Of a stretch of 36,160 bases of DNA, positions 1 through 7,214 are shown piece by piece. Location of the stretch: contig JAXEMQ010000169.1 of assembly GCA_034099845.1 (NCBI GenBank), positions 1 through 36,160 of the forward strand, in the 5' to 3' direction. Below the pieces are notes generated by a model. That model was not told the DNA's origin. It searched no databases and worked only from the letters and a program-made list of their open reading frames with translations. The number at the start of each line of letters is the position of its first letter. The first letter of the stretch is position 1. This DNA is from Faecousia sp. GTDB lineage: Bacteria; Bacillota; Clostridia; Oscillospirales; Oscillospiraceae. The position numbers and the translations under genes are program-made.

Positions 1-198
1 GACAGGGGGTACTTGTGGAGTGCGGATTTCTCTCCAATCCGCAGGAGGAGTTTCTGCTTCGGCAGCAGGATTATCAGAAAAAACTGGTGTGCGTAATCGC
101 TGCGGCAACAGCGTCGAATCTGTCTTGACCCCGGAGACCGGCGTTGATATAATAGGAATAAATGAACGCCTCTTCGGCGGAGAAACAGAGGTACTGAT

Positions 199-1560
199 AT
201 GGCGAAAACAAAAACCGTTTTTTTCTGTACCAATTGCGGTAATGAAAGCCCCAAATGGCAGGGAAGGTGCCCGGCCTGCGGTGCTTGGAATACCATGGAA
301 GAGCATATAGAAAAACCATCGTCAGCTGGAAAGGCGAAAACGGGCCCGGTGGGCCAAAGCCGGAAGCCCCAGCGAATCCGGGAAGTGGATACAGATGGGG
401 AAATCCGGTTTTCTACCGGAATGGGCGAGCTGGACCGGGTCCTGGGCGGCGGTGCTGTGGCAGGCTCGCTGGTGCTGGTGGGCGGCGCGCCCGGTATCGG
501 AAAATCGACCCTACTGCTTCAGATATGCAACAGTCTGTGTGCCGGAAGAAGCGTACTGTATGTATCCGGCGAGGAAAGCGAGCGTCAGCTGAAGCTTCGT
601 GCCCAACGGCTGGGTGTTGCGCCGGATAGCCTGTATATTCTTTCCGAAACCCGGCTGTCAGATATTCTGGAAGCGGTGGAGGAATTGAAGCCGGATATTC
701 TGATGATTGATTCCATCCAGACCCTCTATCGGGAAGAAAACGAATCCTCTCCAGGCAGTGTTTCCCAGGTAAAGGACTGCACCATGACCATGATGCAGCT
801 GAGCAAATCACAGGGGATTACGGTATTTGTGGTTGGTCATATCAACAAAGACGGCAATATCGCCGGGCCCAAGGTGCTGGAGCATATGGTAGATTGTGTG
901 CTCTATTTTGAGGGAGAATCCAATTCCACCTACCGTATGCTTCGGGCGGCAAAGAATCGGTTCGGCTCTACCAACGAGATCGGTGTATTTGAAATGATGG
1001 AACACGGATTGGAAGAGGTTCCAAATCCGTCTCAGATGCTGCTGGAAGGCCGCCCTGAAGGAGCCAGCGGCACCTGTGTGGCTTGTGTGATGGAGGGCAC
1101 ACGTCCGGTTTTGGCGGAGGTGCAGGCTCTGGTGGCGAAAACCATGGCCAATGTCCCCAGAAGGGCCTCTGACGGGTTTGACTTCAACAGAATGATGCTC
1201 CTGTTGGCTGTGGCAGAAAAACGGGCCGGGCTTCGATTGGGCGGCTTTGACGCTTATATCAATGTGATCGGAGGCTTGCGATTGGACGAGCCGGGAGCCG
1301 ACCTGCCTGTGGCTTTGGCAGTGGCATCCTCGTATAGGGATCAACCCATTGCCGACGAACTGACGGCCATCGGAGAAATTGGTCTGACAGGGGAGATCCG
1401 CGCGGTTTCCCACATGAATCAAAGGCTGGGTGAAGTTGCCCGTCTGGGATTTAAAAAGTGTATGATTCCCAAGGGAGGTTCAGAAAAACTGGATATTCCA
1501 AAGGAATTGACAGTTTATCGTGTCCGGAATCTTCGGGAAGCAATTGAAGTGGCGCTATAA
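199..1560 (+). CDS. radA: DNA repair protein RadA/Sms
   Basis: N-terminal C4 zinc finger (CTNC..CPAC), Walker A GAPGIGKS, KNRFG motif, Lon-like C-terminus; GAGG RBS. Confidence 0.97.
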   Translation: MAKTKTVFFCTNCGNESPKWQGRCPACGAWNTMEEHIEKPSSAGKAKTGPVGQSRKPQRIREVDTDGEIRFSTGMGELDRVLGGGAVAGSLVLVGGAPGIGKSTLLLQICNSLCAGRSVLYVSGEESERQLKLRAQRLGVAPDSLYILSETRLSDILEAVEELKPDILMIDSIQTLYREENESSPGSVSQVKDCTMTMMQLSKSQGITVFVVGHINKDGNIAGPKVLEHMVDCVLYFEGESNSTYRMLRAAKNRFGSTNEIGVFEMMEHGLEEVPNPSQMLLEGRPEGASGTCVACVMEGTRPVLAEVQALVAKTMANVPRRASDGFDFNRMMLLLAVAEKRAGLRLGGFDAYINVIGGLRLDEPGADLPVALAVASSYRDQPIADELTAIGEIGLTGEIRAVSHMNQRLGEVARLGFKKCMIPKGGSEKLDIPKELTVYRVRNLREAIEVAL

Positions 1561-1561
1561 C

Positions 1562-1600
1562 ACTACCGTCCGGCTCTTTTTCAGAGTCGGACGGTAGTTT
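1562..1600. terminator. Intrinsic terminator between convergent radA and XRE gene
   Basis: ACTACCGTCCGGCTCT / AGAGTCGGACGGTAGT stem. Confidence 0.8.
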
Positions 1601-1620
1601 CATATATGCTTCGGAGTATA

Positions 1621-2103
1621 TCAGATCAGCAAGCCGATTACGATTCCGATAATAAGACCCAATAGAGCAGCCAGAAGCAGGGTCAGTGGATTATTTTGGT
1701 AGCGGACACGGACTACCTTTTTCACAACAGGCTTTTCCACGATCCGTTCCACAGGGACTTCTTTTGTAACAGTGACAACTTTTTCCGGAACCGGTAACGG
1801 GGACTTCTCCAAATATACCGGCTTTTCAACCACTTTTTCGACGTATACCGGCTTTTCGACCACCTGGTGAATGACGATGGGTTCGGAGGGTACTTTCATT
1901 GCTGTGTGTCTGCCGGTGGCCAGATATTCCACATCCGTATTTAATGCATCGGCCAGCTGGATCAGACGCAGCGGATCCGGGCAGGAGAGGTCGTTTTCCC
2001 ATTTGCTGACAGCTTGACGGGATACACCCATGCGTTCCGCAAGCTGACCCTGGGAGAGGGAAGAGGCGGTGCGAAGGGAAATAATACGTTCGCCTACGGA
2101 CAT
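1621..2103 (-). CDS. XRE-family HTH protein with V/E/K/P-rich repeats and C-terminal transmembrane helix
   Basis: LSQGQLAERMGVSRQAVSKWEND HTH; VVEKPVY repeats; hydrophobic tail LLLAALLGLIIGIVIGLLI. Confidence 0.88.
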   Translation of the reverse strand: MSVGERIISLRTASSLSQGQLAERMGVSRQAVSKWENDLSCPDPLRLIQLADALNTDVEYLATGRHTAMKVPSEPIVIHQVVEKPVYVEKVVEKPVYLEKSPLPVPEKVVTVTKEVPVERIVEKPVVKKVVRVRYQNNPLTLLLAALLGLIIGIVIGLLI

Positions 2104-2166
2104 AGCAGTTCACCCACTATTCGGAAATGTTTGTCAACTATTGGTTGCATCTATCATTTTATAGTA

Positions 2167-3165
2167 TTATTTCGAAAAGTCAAGTTTGGATAGGGGGTTT
2201 GCTTCAGCCGCGATTTTCAATTCTGTATTTTCGATATGGGTGTAGATCTGTGTGGTGTTCAGATTCTCGTGCCCCAGAACCTCCTGGACGGTTTTTACGT
2301 CCACACCGCCGGAAAGCATCATAGTTGCTGCCGTATGGCGCAGCTTATGGGCAGAGAACTGGGTGGAATCCAGACCTGCCTGCAAAAGGGCTTTTTTCAC
2401 CAGCCGATGGACGGCAGTGACACTGATGCGATTATTGTCTCTGGAACCAAACAGAGCACGGTTATCCGATAGCTCCCGCTGTTTTCTTTCTTCCAAATAA
2501 TCATCCAGAGCTTTTCTGCAGGCGGAGCCAAAGTAGACAAAACGTTCTTTATTGCCTTTGCCAACCACACGAATCCTGTCCTCATACACATCTGTCAGAT
2601 TGAGGCCGACCAACTCACTGCGGCGGATACCACAGTTCAGAAATAGCATAAGAATTGCATAGTCTCTTTTGGCATTTGGACCAGAAACAGCCTGTAAAAG
2701 TGCGGAGGACTCCTGCAAAGTCAGGTATTTCGGCAAACTTTTACGCAATTTAGGATATTCCAGATCCGCAACCGGATTATCGTTCAATTGTTTGGTTCTG
2801 ACGGTCAGATACTTATAAAAGGACTTGATCGCCGATAGTTTTCGGGCTCTGGAGGCTGCTTCAATTCCATGATCGGGAGCTGCCGTATCCGGCCTGGCCA
2901 CACGGTCGTTGGCAAGGTAGGAGAGAAAGTCAAAGATTTCGGATGTGGTGATGCCGGCAATAAAATCCAGATCGATAGAACGAATGTCTATGGTCTCCAG
3001 GTCGGTGTCAATGGGCATCTCTGCGCGCATAAGCTTCATAAAGCGCAGAAACATCCGAAGATCCAGATAATACTCCCGAATCGTCAGCGGAGATTGACCT
3101 TTGACGTTTTCGTGGTAGCTTAAGAAATCCCGCAAAACCTGCGGGCAATCCCGATATTGTTGCAT
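2167..3165 (-). CDS. xerC: Chromosomal XerC-like tyrosine recombinase (clostridial type, ~332 aa)
   Basis: Catalytic motifs RDYAIL..GIRRSEL, GKGNKER, HKLRH, LGH..TTQIYTH; probable start MQQYRDCP at 3165 rather than 3246. Confidence 0.88.
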   Translation of the reverse strand: MQQYRDCPQVLRDFLSYHENVKGQSPLTIREYYLDLRMFLRFMKLMRAEMPIDTDLETIDIRSIDLDFIAGITTSEIFDFLSYLANDRVARPDTAAPDHGIEAASRARKLSAIKSFYKYLTVRTKQLNDNPVADLEYPKLRKSLPKYLTLQESSALLQAVSGPNAKRDYAILMLFLNCGIRRSELVGLNLTDVYEDRIRVVGKGNKERFVYFGSACRKALDDYLEERKQRELSDNRALFGSRDNNRISVTAVHRLVKKALLQAGLDSTQFSAHKLRHTAATMMLSGGVDVKTVQEVLGHENLNTTQIYTHIENTELKIAAEANPLSKLDFSK

Positions 3166-3250
3166 AGATTGTATGTATGGAATCGTTATGGCAATCGCAA
3201 TTTCGCATGATGTTAAGCCATATGAAGAGTTGACGGACAATTCCAAGTTA

Positions 3251-3284
3251 CGAACGCAACAAAATTTTTATTTTGTTGCGTTCG
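3251..3284. repeat. Palindromic putative recombination site (attL / dif-like)
   Basis: CGAACGCAACAAAAT-TTTT-ATTTTGTTGCGTTCG, perfect 15-bp inverted repeat; near-copy at 10521-10555. Confidence 0.75.
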
Positions 3285-3349
3285 TTCTTCGGTCCGTTTA
3301 CCAATACGATTCCAATACTTCCCCCTATTCTTGGAATGTTTGTCTTTTC

Positions 3350-3378
3350 AAGATAGCCTTTTTCTACTCTTTTGTCAA
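3350..3378 (-). promoter_or_regulatory. SigA-type promoter pointing to the palindrome and xerC
   Basis: Minus strand TTGACA-17 bp-TATCTT. Confidence 0.7.
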
Positions 3379-3555
3379 CCTGTTTTTTATTGGAGGTCTA
3401 TATGTACGATAGATATAAAAAAGTCGTATCATGGTTCCGCACATCCTGTGTTGACTTCTTGATCATCCTTGCCGGGGCTGCTGTGCTTACATTCATTTGG
3501 TATCTTGCTTTCATTGCTAAAATATTTTGAATCTTAATTTCAACTGTCCGCACAT

Positions 3556-3590
3556 AAAAAAACCGGGCTTCCCGTTTGGGTTGCCCGGCA
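3556..3590 (-). terminator. Intrinsic terminator of the phage accessory operon
   Basis: Minus strand CCGGGC..GCCCGG stem followed by T7. Confidence 0.75.
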
Positions 3591-3594
3591 ATTC

Positions 3595-3804
3595 TTATTT
3601 ATTTGTTATTTTCAACTTTTCTTCCTCGCATATATCAAATATTTCTATTATTTGATGTGTATATCCTATAATTCCTTCGTAATTTAGCCATGCGTATAAC
3701 AGCATATATCCGTCAATCCATCCTCTTTCCATTTCTCCTTCAGCTTCTTCTTTGCTTATTCCATTGTATTCTGCGTAACGCTCAATTAAAGTTTCCAGTG
3801 TCAT
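3595..3804 (-). CDS. Small acidic phage protein of unknown function (69 aa)
   Basis: GGGAGG RBS; starts just after the upstream stop codon; E/D-rich with WLNYEGIIGY segment. Confidence 0.75.
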   Translation of the reverse strand: MTLETLIERYAEYNGISKEEAEGEMERGWIDGYMLLYAWLNYEGIIGYTHQIIEIFDICEEEKLKITNK

Positions 3805-3807
3805 TTT

Positions 3808-3933
3808 TTATTCCTCCCATGGTAAATTTTTTTCTTGGTCATTTCTTTTTATCCATTCTATCAATTGATCGAATGTCATGTTTGATCTTTTAGCAAGTTC
3901 CATTAGTTCTTCAATTGCTTCTGATATTGTCAT
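3808..3933 (-). CDS. Small helical phage protein (41 aa, MTISEAIEELMELAK...)
   Basis: GGAGG RBS before ATG at 3933; shorter than the ORF-track call. Confidence 0.65.
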   Translation of the reverse strand: MTISEAIEELMELAKRSNMTFDQLIEWIKRNDQEKNLPWEE

Positions 3934-3976
3934 ATAGCCTCCTTTGGGGAGAAGTTTCCTCCTCCCCTTTTGAATC

Positions 3977-4636
3977 TTAATCTTCAATTTCCATATTAAT
4001 GTTGCAATTCCCACAAATCAGAGGAATTTCTTTTGTTGTTCTTGCGATTGCTTTACACTGGGGGCAAACGTGCTTCCAACTCGTTTTCTTCTGTTTTTCC
4101 TGACCTCCTCCCGGGTCCCCTGCGTTTCCTCCTTTCGTCTTTTCTCCTCCCGGGGCCTTGATACCGTATAGCGGAAATCGGCTCATTTGGAAATCCTCCC
4201 AGCCTTGAGCAATGATGTACTCGATTAATTCTTCTGTCACCTTCGTTATTGTCCATCCGTATTTCTCGTGCTTTTCAATGCTTATCATGTGCTTTTCGGC
4301 TTCTTCTTTGAATTTCCTGTTGTGGTATGTCCCTCCCCGGCTACAGTCTTGAATATTGTTTTTCAAGTTGTAGAGATGAACCATTTCGTGTATCAGCGTT
4401 GCCGTAACTTCCTCGATTGGCCTTTCCAGCCAGTCGGCTGCCATGTTCAGTTCATGTCTCCAATCGTCTTTCCGCTTCCAGGTCTTGGCCACTGTTACAT
4501 GACCGTATGCCCCGGGTGTGCTCTGAATGGTTATGATTGGCTCTTCCAGCTCCCCGTTGAAGCTGTCTCTGTTCAATGTCCGGAACATCTTTTCAAGCTG
4601 TCCCGCTGCTCTGCTGGTTTTTACTGTCTCTTTCAT
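3977..4636 (-). CDS. SprT-like zinc metalloprotease with C-terminal zinc ribbon
   Basis: TLIHEMVH (HExxH), downstream YHNRKF, C-terminal CPQC..CGNC; GAAAGGAAAG RBS. Confidence 0.87.
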   Translation of the reverse strand: MKETVKTSRAAGQLEKMFRTLNRDSFNGELEEPIITIQSTPGAYGHVTVAKTWKRKDDWRHELNMAADWLERPIEEVTATLIHEMVHLYNLKNNIQDCSRGGTYHNRKFKEEAEKHMISIEKHEKYGWTITKVTEELIEYIIAQGWEDFQMSRFPLYGIKAPGGEKTKGGNAGDPGGGQEKQKKTSWKHVCPQCKAIARTTKEIPLICGNCNINMEIED

Positions 4637-4637
4637 A

Positions 4638-4666
4638 TTGACTTTCCTTTCTGGGCATGATATTAT
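4638..4666 (+). promoter_or_regulatory. Strong extended -10 SigA promoter overlapping the sprT RBS on the opposite strand
   Basis: TTGACT-17 bp-TATTAT with TG at the extended -10 position. Confidence 0.75.
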
Positions 4667-4672
4667 TGTTTT

Positions 4673-4730
4673 GCAGGTTTTTGACTTTCCCCCTGCTCCG
4701 GTTAGGTGCTTTCTAACCGGATTTCTTTTT
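4673..4730 (+). ncRNA. Putative ~58-nt antisense sRNA (two hairpins)
   Basis: Promoter upstream; hairpin GCAGG/CCTGC with loop containing TTGACTTTCC; terminator TCCGGTTAG/CTAACCGGA followed by TTTCTTTTT. Confidence 0.6.
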
Positions 4731-5090
4731 GGCCTGCCCTAGCCACTTTCTTGATAGCGCGGAAAGCCCAGTGCTCACACTGGGCGGTTTTAAAGGAATA
4801 TGGGATTGACACTACGTTTCGTTCTTGTGAGTATGGCAATCCCATATTCCGGTTTTGTCAAGACTTGCGCCTCTGGCGCAACTCGCACATGAAAAAAGTG
4901 CCGGAACCTGAAATGCTCCACTCAGGTTTTGGCACTTTTTTTATGTGGTCTTGACAAAATTAAAATTCCGGTTAGGATGAGAAGTGCTAGGGCATAAAAA
5001 AAGAAACTCTCCCGCATAGATGGCGTTGGATTAGCACCACCTATTGCGGGAGAATTTCTTTTTTACCCTGAAACCGGCATAGCCGGTTTC
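4722..5090 (+). other. Highly structured non-coding region, candidate single-strand origin / packaging or regulatory region
   Basis: Nested inverted repeats at 4766-4785, 4795-4850, 4853-4959, 4886-4947, 4995-5065, 5070-5090. Confidence 0.6.
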
Positions 5091-5148
5091 GGCCCCCGGC
5101 CCAGCTTGCCTATTTGCTCTTTCCTTTTTGATTATTAATATTCAAAAA

Positions 5149-5313
5149 TTACTTATTATCATTTTCCTTTTCAAAGTATTCTTTGACGTATTTTTCAAGT
5201 ATAAGGTTTATTTGACTGCTTAGCGGTCTTGCTTCCCTGCTTGCGATTTCTTCAATCGCTTTTCTTGTCGTTGGTGTAACTTTGATCCCAATTTGTTCTG
5301 TTCGTTTTTCCAT
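5149..5313 (-). CDS. Arc/ribbon-helix-helix repressor (54 aa), not in ORF track
   Basis: Hand translation MEKRTEQIGIKVTPTTRKAIEEIASREARPLSSQINLILEKYVKEYFEKENDNK; alternating beta strand then two helices; GGAGG RBS. Confidence 0.85.
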   Translation of the reverse strand: MEKRTEQIGIKVTPTTRKAIEEIASREARPLSSQINLILEKYVKEYFEKENDNK

Positions 5314-5333
5314 AGTAAACAACCTCCAATATC

Positions 5334-5439
5334 ATGTTACCATATTTAACGAAAAAGTCATGTTTGATTTAGCTATATTTTACAAAGTTAAATAAGGTTA
5401 AACTTTATGCTTGACTTTTGGTTAAATAAGGTTTAATCT
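5334..5439. promoter_or_regulatory. Divergent promoters with three GTTAAATAWGGT operators
   Basis: Plus TTGACT-17-TAATCT (5411-5439); minus ATGACT-16-TAACAT (5361-5334); operators at 5339-5350(-), 5387-5398(+), 5421-5432(+). Confidence 0.7.
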
Positions 5440-5492
5440 TAGTATACCAGTTTTCCGTGACTGGGAAATAATTTAATTAGGAGGAAATACCT

Positions 5493-5744
5493 TTGAGAAC
5501 GAAAATTAAAGTTGTCGGTATCGGTCAGCGTATGAGCGGTACGAGTAAGAAGAACGGAAAGCCTTATGACTTCCTCCCGGTCTCTTTTGTTTACCCGGAT
5601 CAGTACATGAACGGCCTCAAGGCTGCTACTGCCAATATTTCTGGCGACATGGTCGATGCTATTGGCGGCCTGAAGCTGGAAGACCAGAAGGAAATTTTCT
5701 TTCACTCCTTCAATGGTTCTGTTATCGTTGATGGCATTCTGTAA
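5493..5744 (+). CDS. Inovirus pV-like single-stranded DNA-binding protein
   Basis: 83 aa; SGTSKKNGKPYDF resembles the Ff gene V hairpin SGVSRQGKPYSL; AGGAGG RBS with TTG start. Confidence 0.8.
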   Translation: MRTKIKVVGIGQRMSGTSKKNGKPYDFLPVSFVYPDQYMNGLKAATANISGDMVDAIGGLKLEDQKEIFFHSFNGSVIVDGIL

Positions 5745-5941
5745 TGAATGCCCCCTCTTCTGATTGGCGGGTTTCCATTCCTCTCAAGGATTTGGTTTCC
5801 CTCTTGAACTTTTCGGAAGACCTGGAATCTATCAAAAAAGAAAATGCGCAGCTTCGCCGTGAATTGGAAGGTTTGCGCAATATGTTCTCTGAAGTTGCAC
5901 AACAACTCGGAGATGTCAAGAGGGAACTCAAGAGGAGATAA
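5744..5941 (+). CDS. Small coiled-coil phage protein (65 aa)
   Basis: TAATG stop/start coupling; heptad pattern LESIKKENAQLRRELEGL. Confidence 0.7.
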   Translation: MNAPSSDWRVSIPLKDLVSLLNFSEDLESIKKENAQLRRELEGLRNMFSEVAQQLGDVKRELKRR

Positions 5942-5956
5942 GCCCTCCTCACCTCT

Positions 5957-6058
5957 TGACACAGGCGGCGCCACTACGACATAGCGCCGCTTGTGCCAGG
6001 TGTCAAAATGACACTCATAAAATTAACACACATGAACGCTTTGTGTCATGTGTCAATT
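5957..6058 (+). other. Double-strand origin: pMV158-type nick hairpin plus probable Rep-binding repeats
   Basis: Stem CACAGGCGGCGC/GCGCCGCTTGTG with loop CACTACGACATA (pMV158 nic is TACTACG/AC); TGACAC/GTGTCA hexamers at 5957, 6000, 6009, 6043, 6050. Confidence 0.82.
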
Positions 6059-6072
6059 TATGGAGGTAAAAT

Positions 6073-6723
6073 ATGGCTGATACACAAAAATTCCGTGATC
6101 GTAAGTTTGTCCTGGTCTTATATCCGGAGGATCCCACCCATTCGGCAGCAATTGAGAAGATGAAGTCTGGCGGTTATAACTTCGCTGCTATTCTCCATGA
6201 CAAGGACACTCTGGAGACAGGCGAACTTAAAAAAGCGCACTGGCACGTTGTTGTGCGTTTTAAAAATGCGGTTTGGAATACATCTATTGCAAAGGATTTA
6301 GGTATTGCCCCGAATTATCTGGAAGCCTGCAAAGATGTAGATGCTGCCCTCCTTTACCTCGTCCATTTTGGCAATGAGGATAAATTTCAATACGAATTTG
6401 AATCGGTTTTCGGCCCTCTTAGTGTTCGCCTTTCAACGCTTCTTGCTGAGCCTGATGAGGGTGCTCGTGTTCTTACCTTGCTTGACATTATTGATTCTTC
6501 CCCTGGATGTATCAGCTATTCTGAGCTTCTTAAAAAGGCCGTCGCAGCAGGTGTTTACTCTGACCTCCGGCGTATGGGAACCCTTGGTGTGGCCCTCGTC
6601 CGTGAACATAACGACACTGTTTTTAAGGAGTTAACTGGGCATTTTGAATCTCAAGATACAACTCGTTTCCGTGATTTCGAGGCTTTTACCTCCGGTAAAA
6701 CGGACGATATTCTTCCCTTGTGA
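6073..6723 (+). CDS. rep: Rolling-circle replication initiator, Rep_2 (pE194/pMV158) HUH family
   Basis: Motif I FVLVLYPE, ILHDKD, HUH motif KKAHWHVV, motif III LLYLVH; GGAGG RBS. Confidence 0.92.
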   Translation: MADTQKFRDRKFVLVLYPEDPTHSAAIEKMKSGGYNFAAILHDKDTLETGELKKAHWHVVVRFKNAVWNTSIAKDLGIAPNYLEACKDVDAALLYLVHFGNEDKFQYEFESVFGPLSVRLSTLLAEPDEGARVLTLLDIIDSSPGCISYSELLKKAVAAGVYSDLRRMGTLGVALVREHNDTVFKELTGHFESQDTTRFRDFEAFTSGKTDDILPL

Positions 6724-6734
6724 GGTGTTGCCCC

Positions 6735-7202
6735 ATGAAAATTCTTTTCCAAATTCTACCCTGTTTTCTTTGTCTCTCTCTTTTGATCCCTACGGCGTTC
6801 GCTGAAGAAGTGCCACCCGAAAATAGTCTTCTGATTTATACCCCTGACGAATCGGAAGAAACATCTATTGATGAAACGACTCTGCCTGATTCTTCTGAAC
6901 CTGTCCCCTCTGAGACCGAAGCCTCCGAACCCTCCCAGCCTGAATCTCTCCCGTCTGAACCTGAACAACCTTCTTTTGAATCTCAAGATTCAACTATTCC
7001 TGTAACCTCTCCCCCTACTACTTCTGAAACTACTCCGGTAACAGAAGGAACGCAGGATGTAGACATGAACTCCCTTCAACAGATTATGGAATCTCTGCAA
7101 AACACTGAGTTTGCAACCCAGACTATTGCGGGTTTCCTTCTGTTCTTCGTTGTCTGCGTTTTGTGCTACTTTTGCTATAAATTCTTCAAAATCTTTTTCT
7201 AA
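6735..7202 (+). CDS. Putative minor virion/membrane protein: signal peptide, acidic P/E/S/T stalk, C-terminal TM helix
   Basis: AFA|EE cleavage site; low-complexity EPSQPESLPSEPEQP; tail IAGFLLFFVVCVLCYFCYKFFKIFF; GAGGTG RBS. Confidence 0.72.
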   Translation: MKILFQILPCFLCLSLLIPTAFAEEVPPENSLLIYTPDESEETSIDETTLPDSSEPVPSETEASEPSQPESLPSEPEQPSFESQDSTIPVTSPPTTSETTPVTEGTQDVDMNSLQQIMESLQNTEFATQTIAGFLLFFVVCVLCYFCYKFFKIFF

Positions 7203-7214
7203 GGAGGTAAAAAC

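Noticed and set aside
2167-3165. XerC-like gene as the prophage's own integrase
   Set aside because: It lies outside the duplicated site and looks like the conserved chromosomal clostridial Xer family
3251-3284. Palindrome as a LexA box or CRISPR repeat
   Set aside because: GAAC and GTTC are 24 bp apart rather than 4; there are only two copies, 7.3 kb apart, with no spacers or cas genes
3525-3981. 14-bp direct repeat TTTTGAATCTTAAT at 3525 and 3968
   Set aside because: AT-rich and without supporting context; could be chance
4810-4816. CACTACG as a second nick site
   Set aside because: Lacks the following AC and the GC-rich stem context
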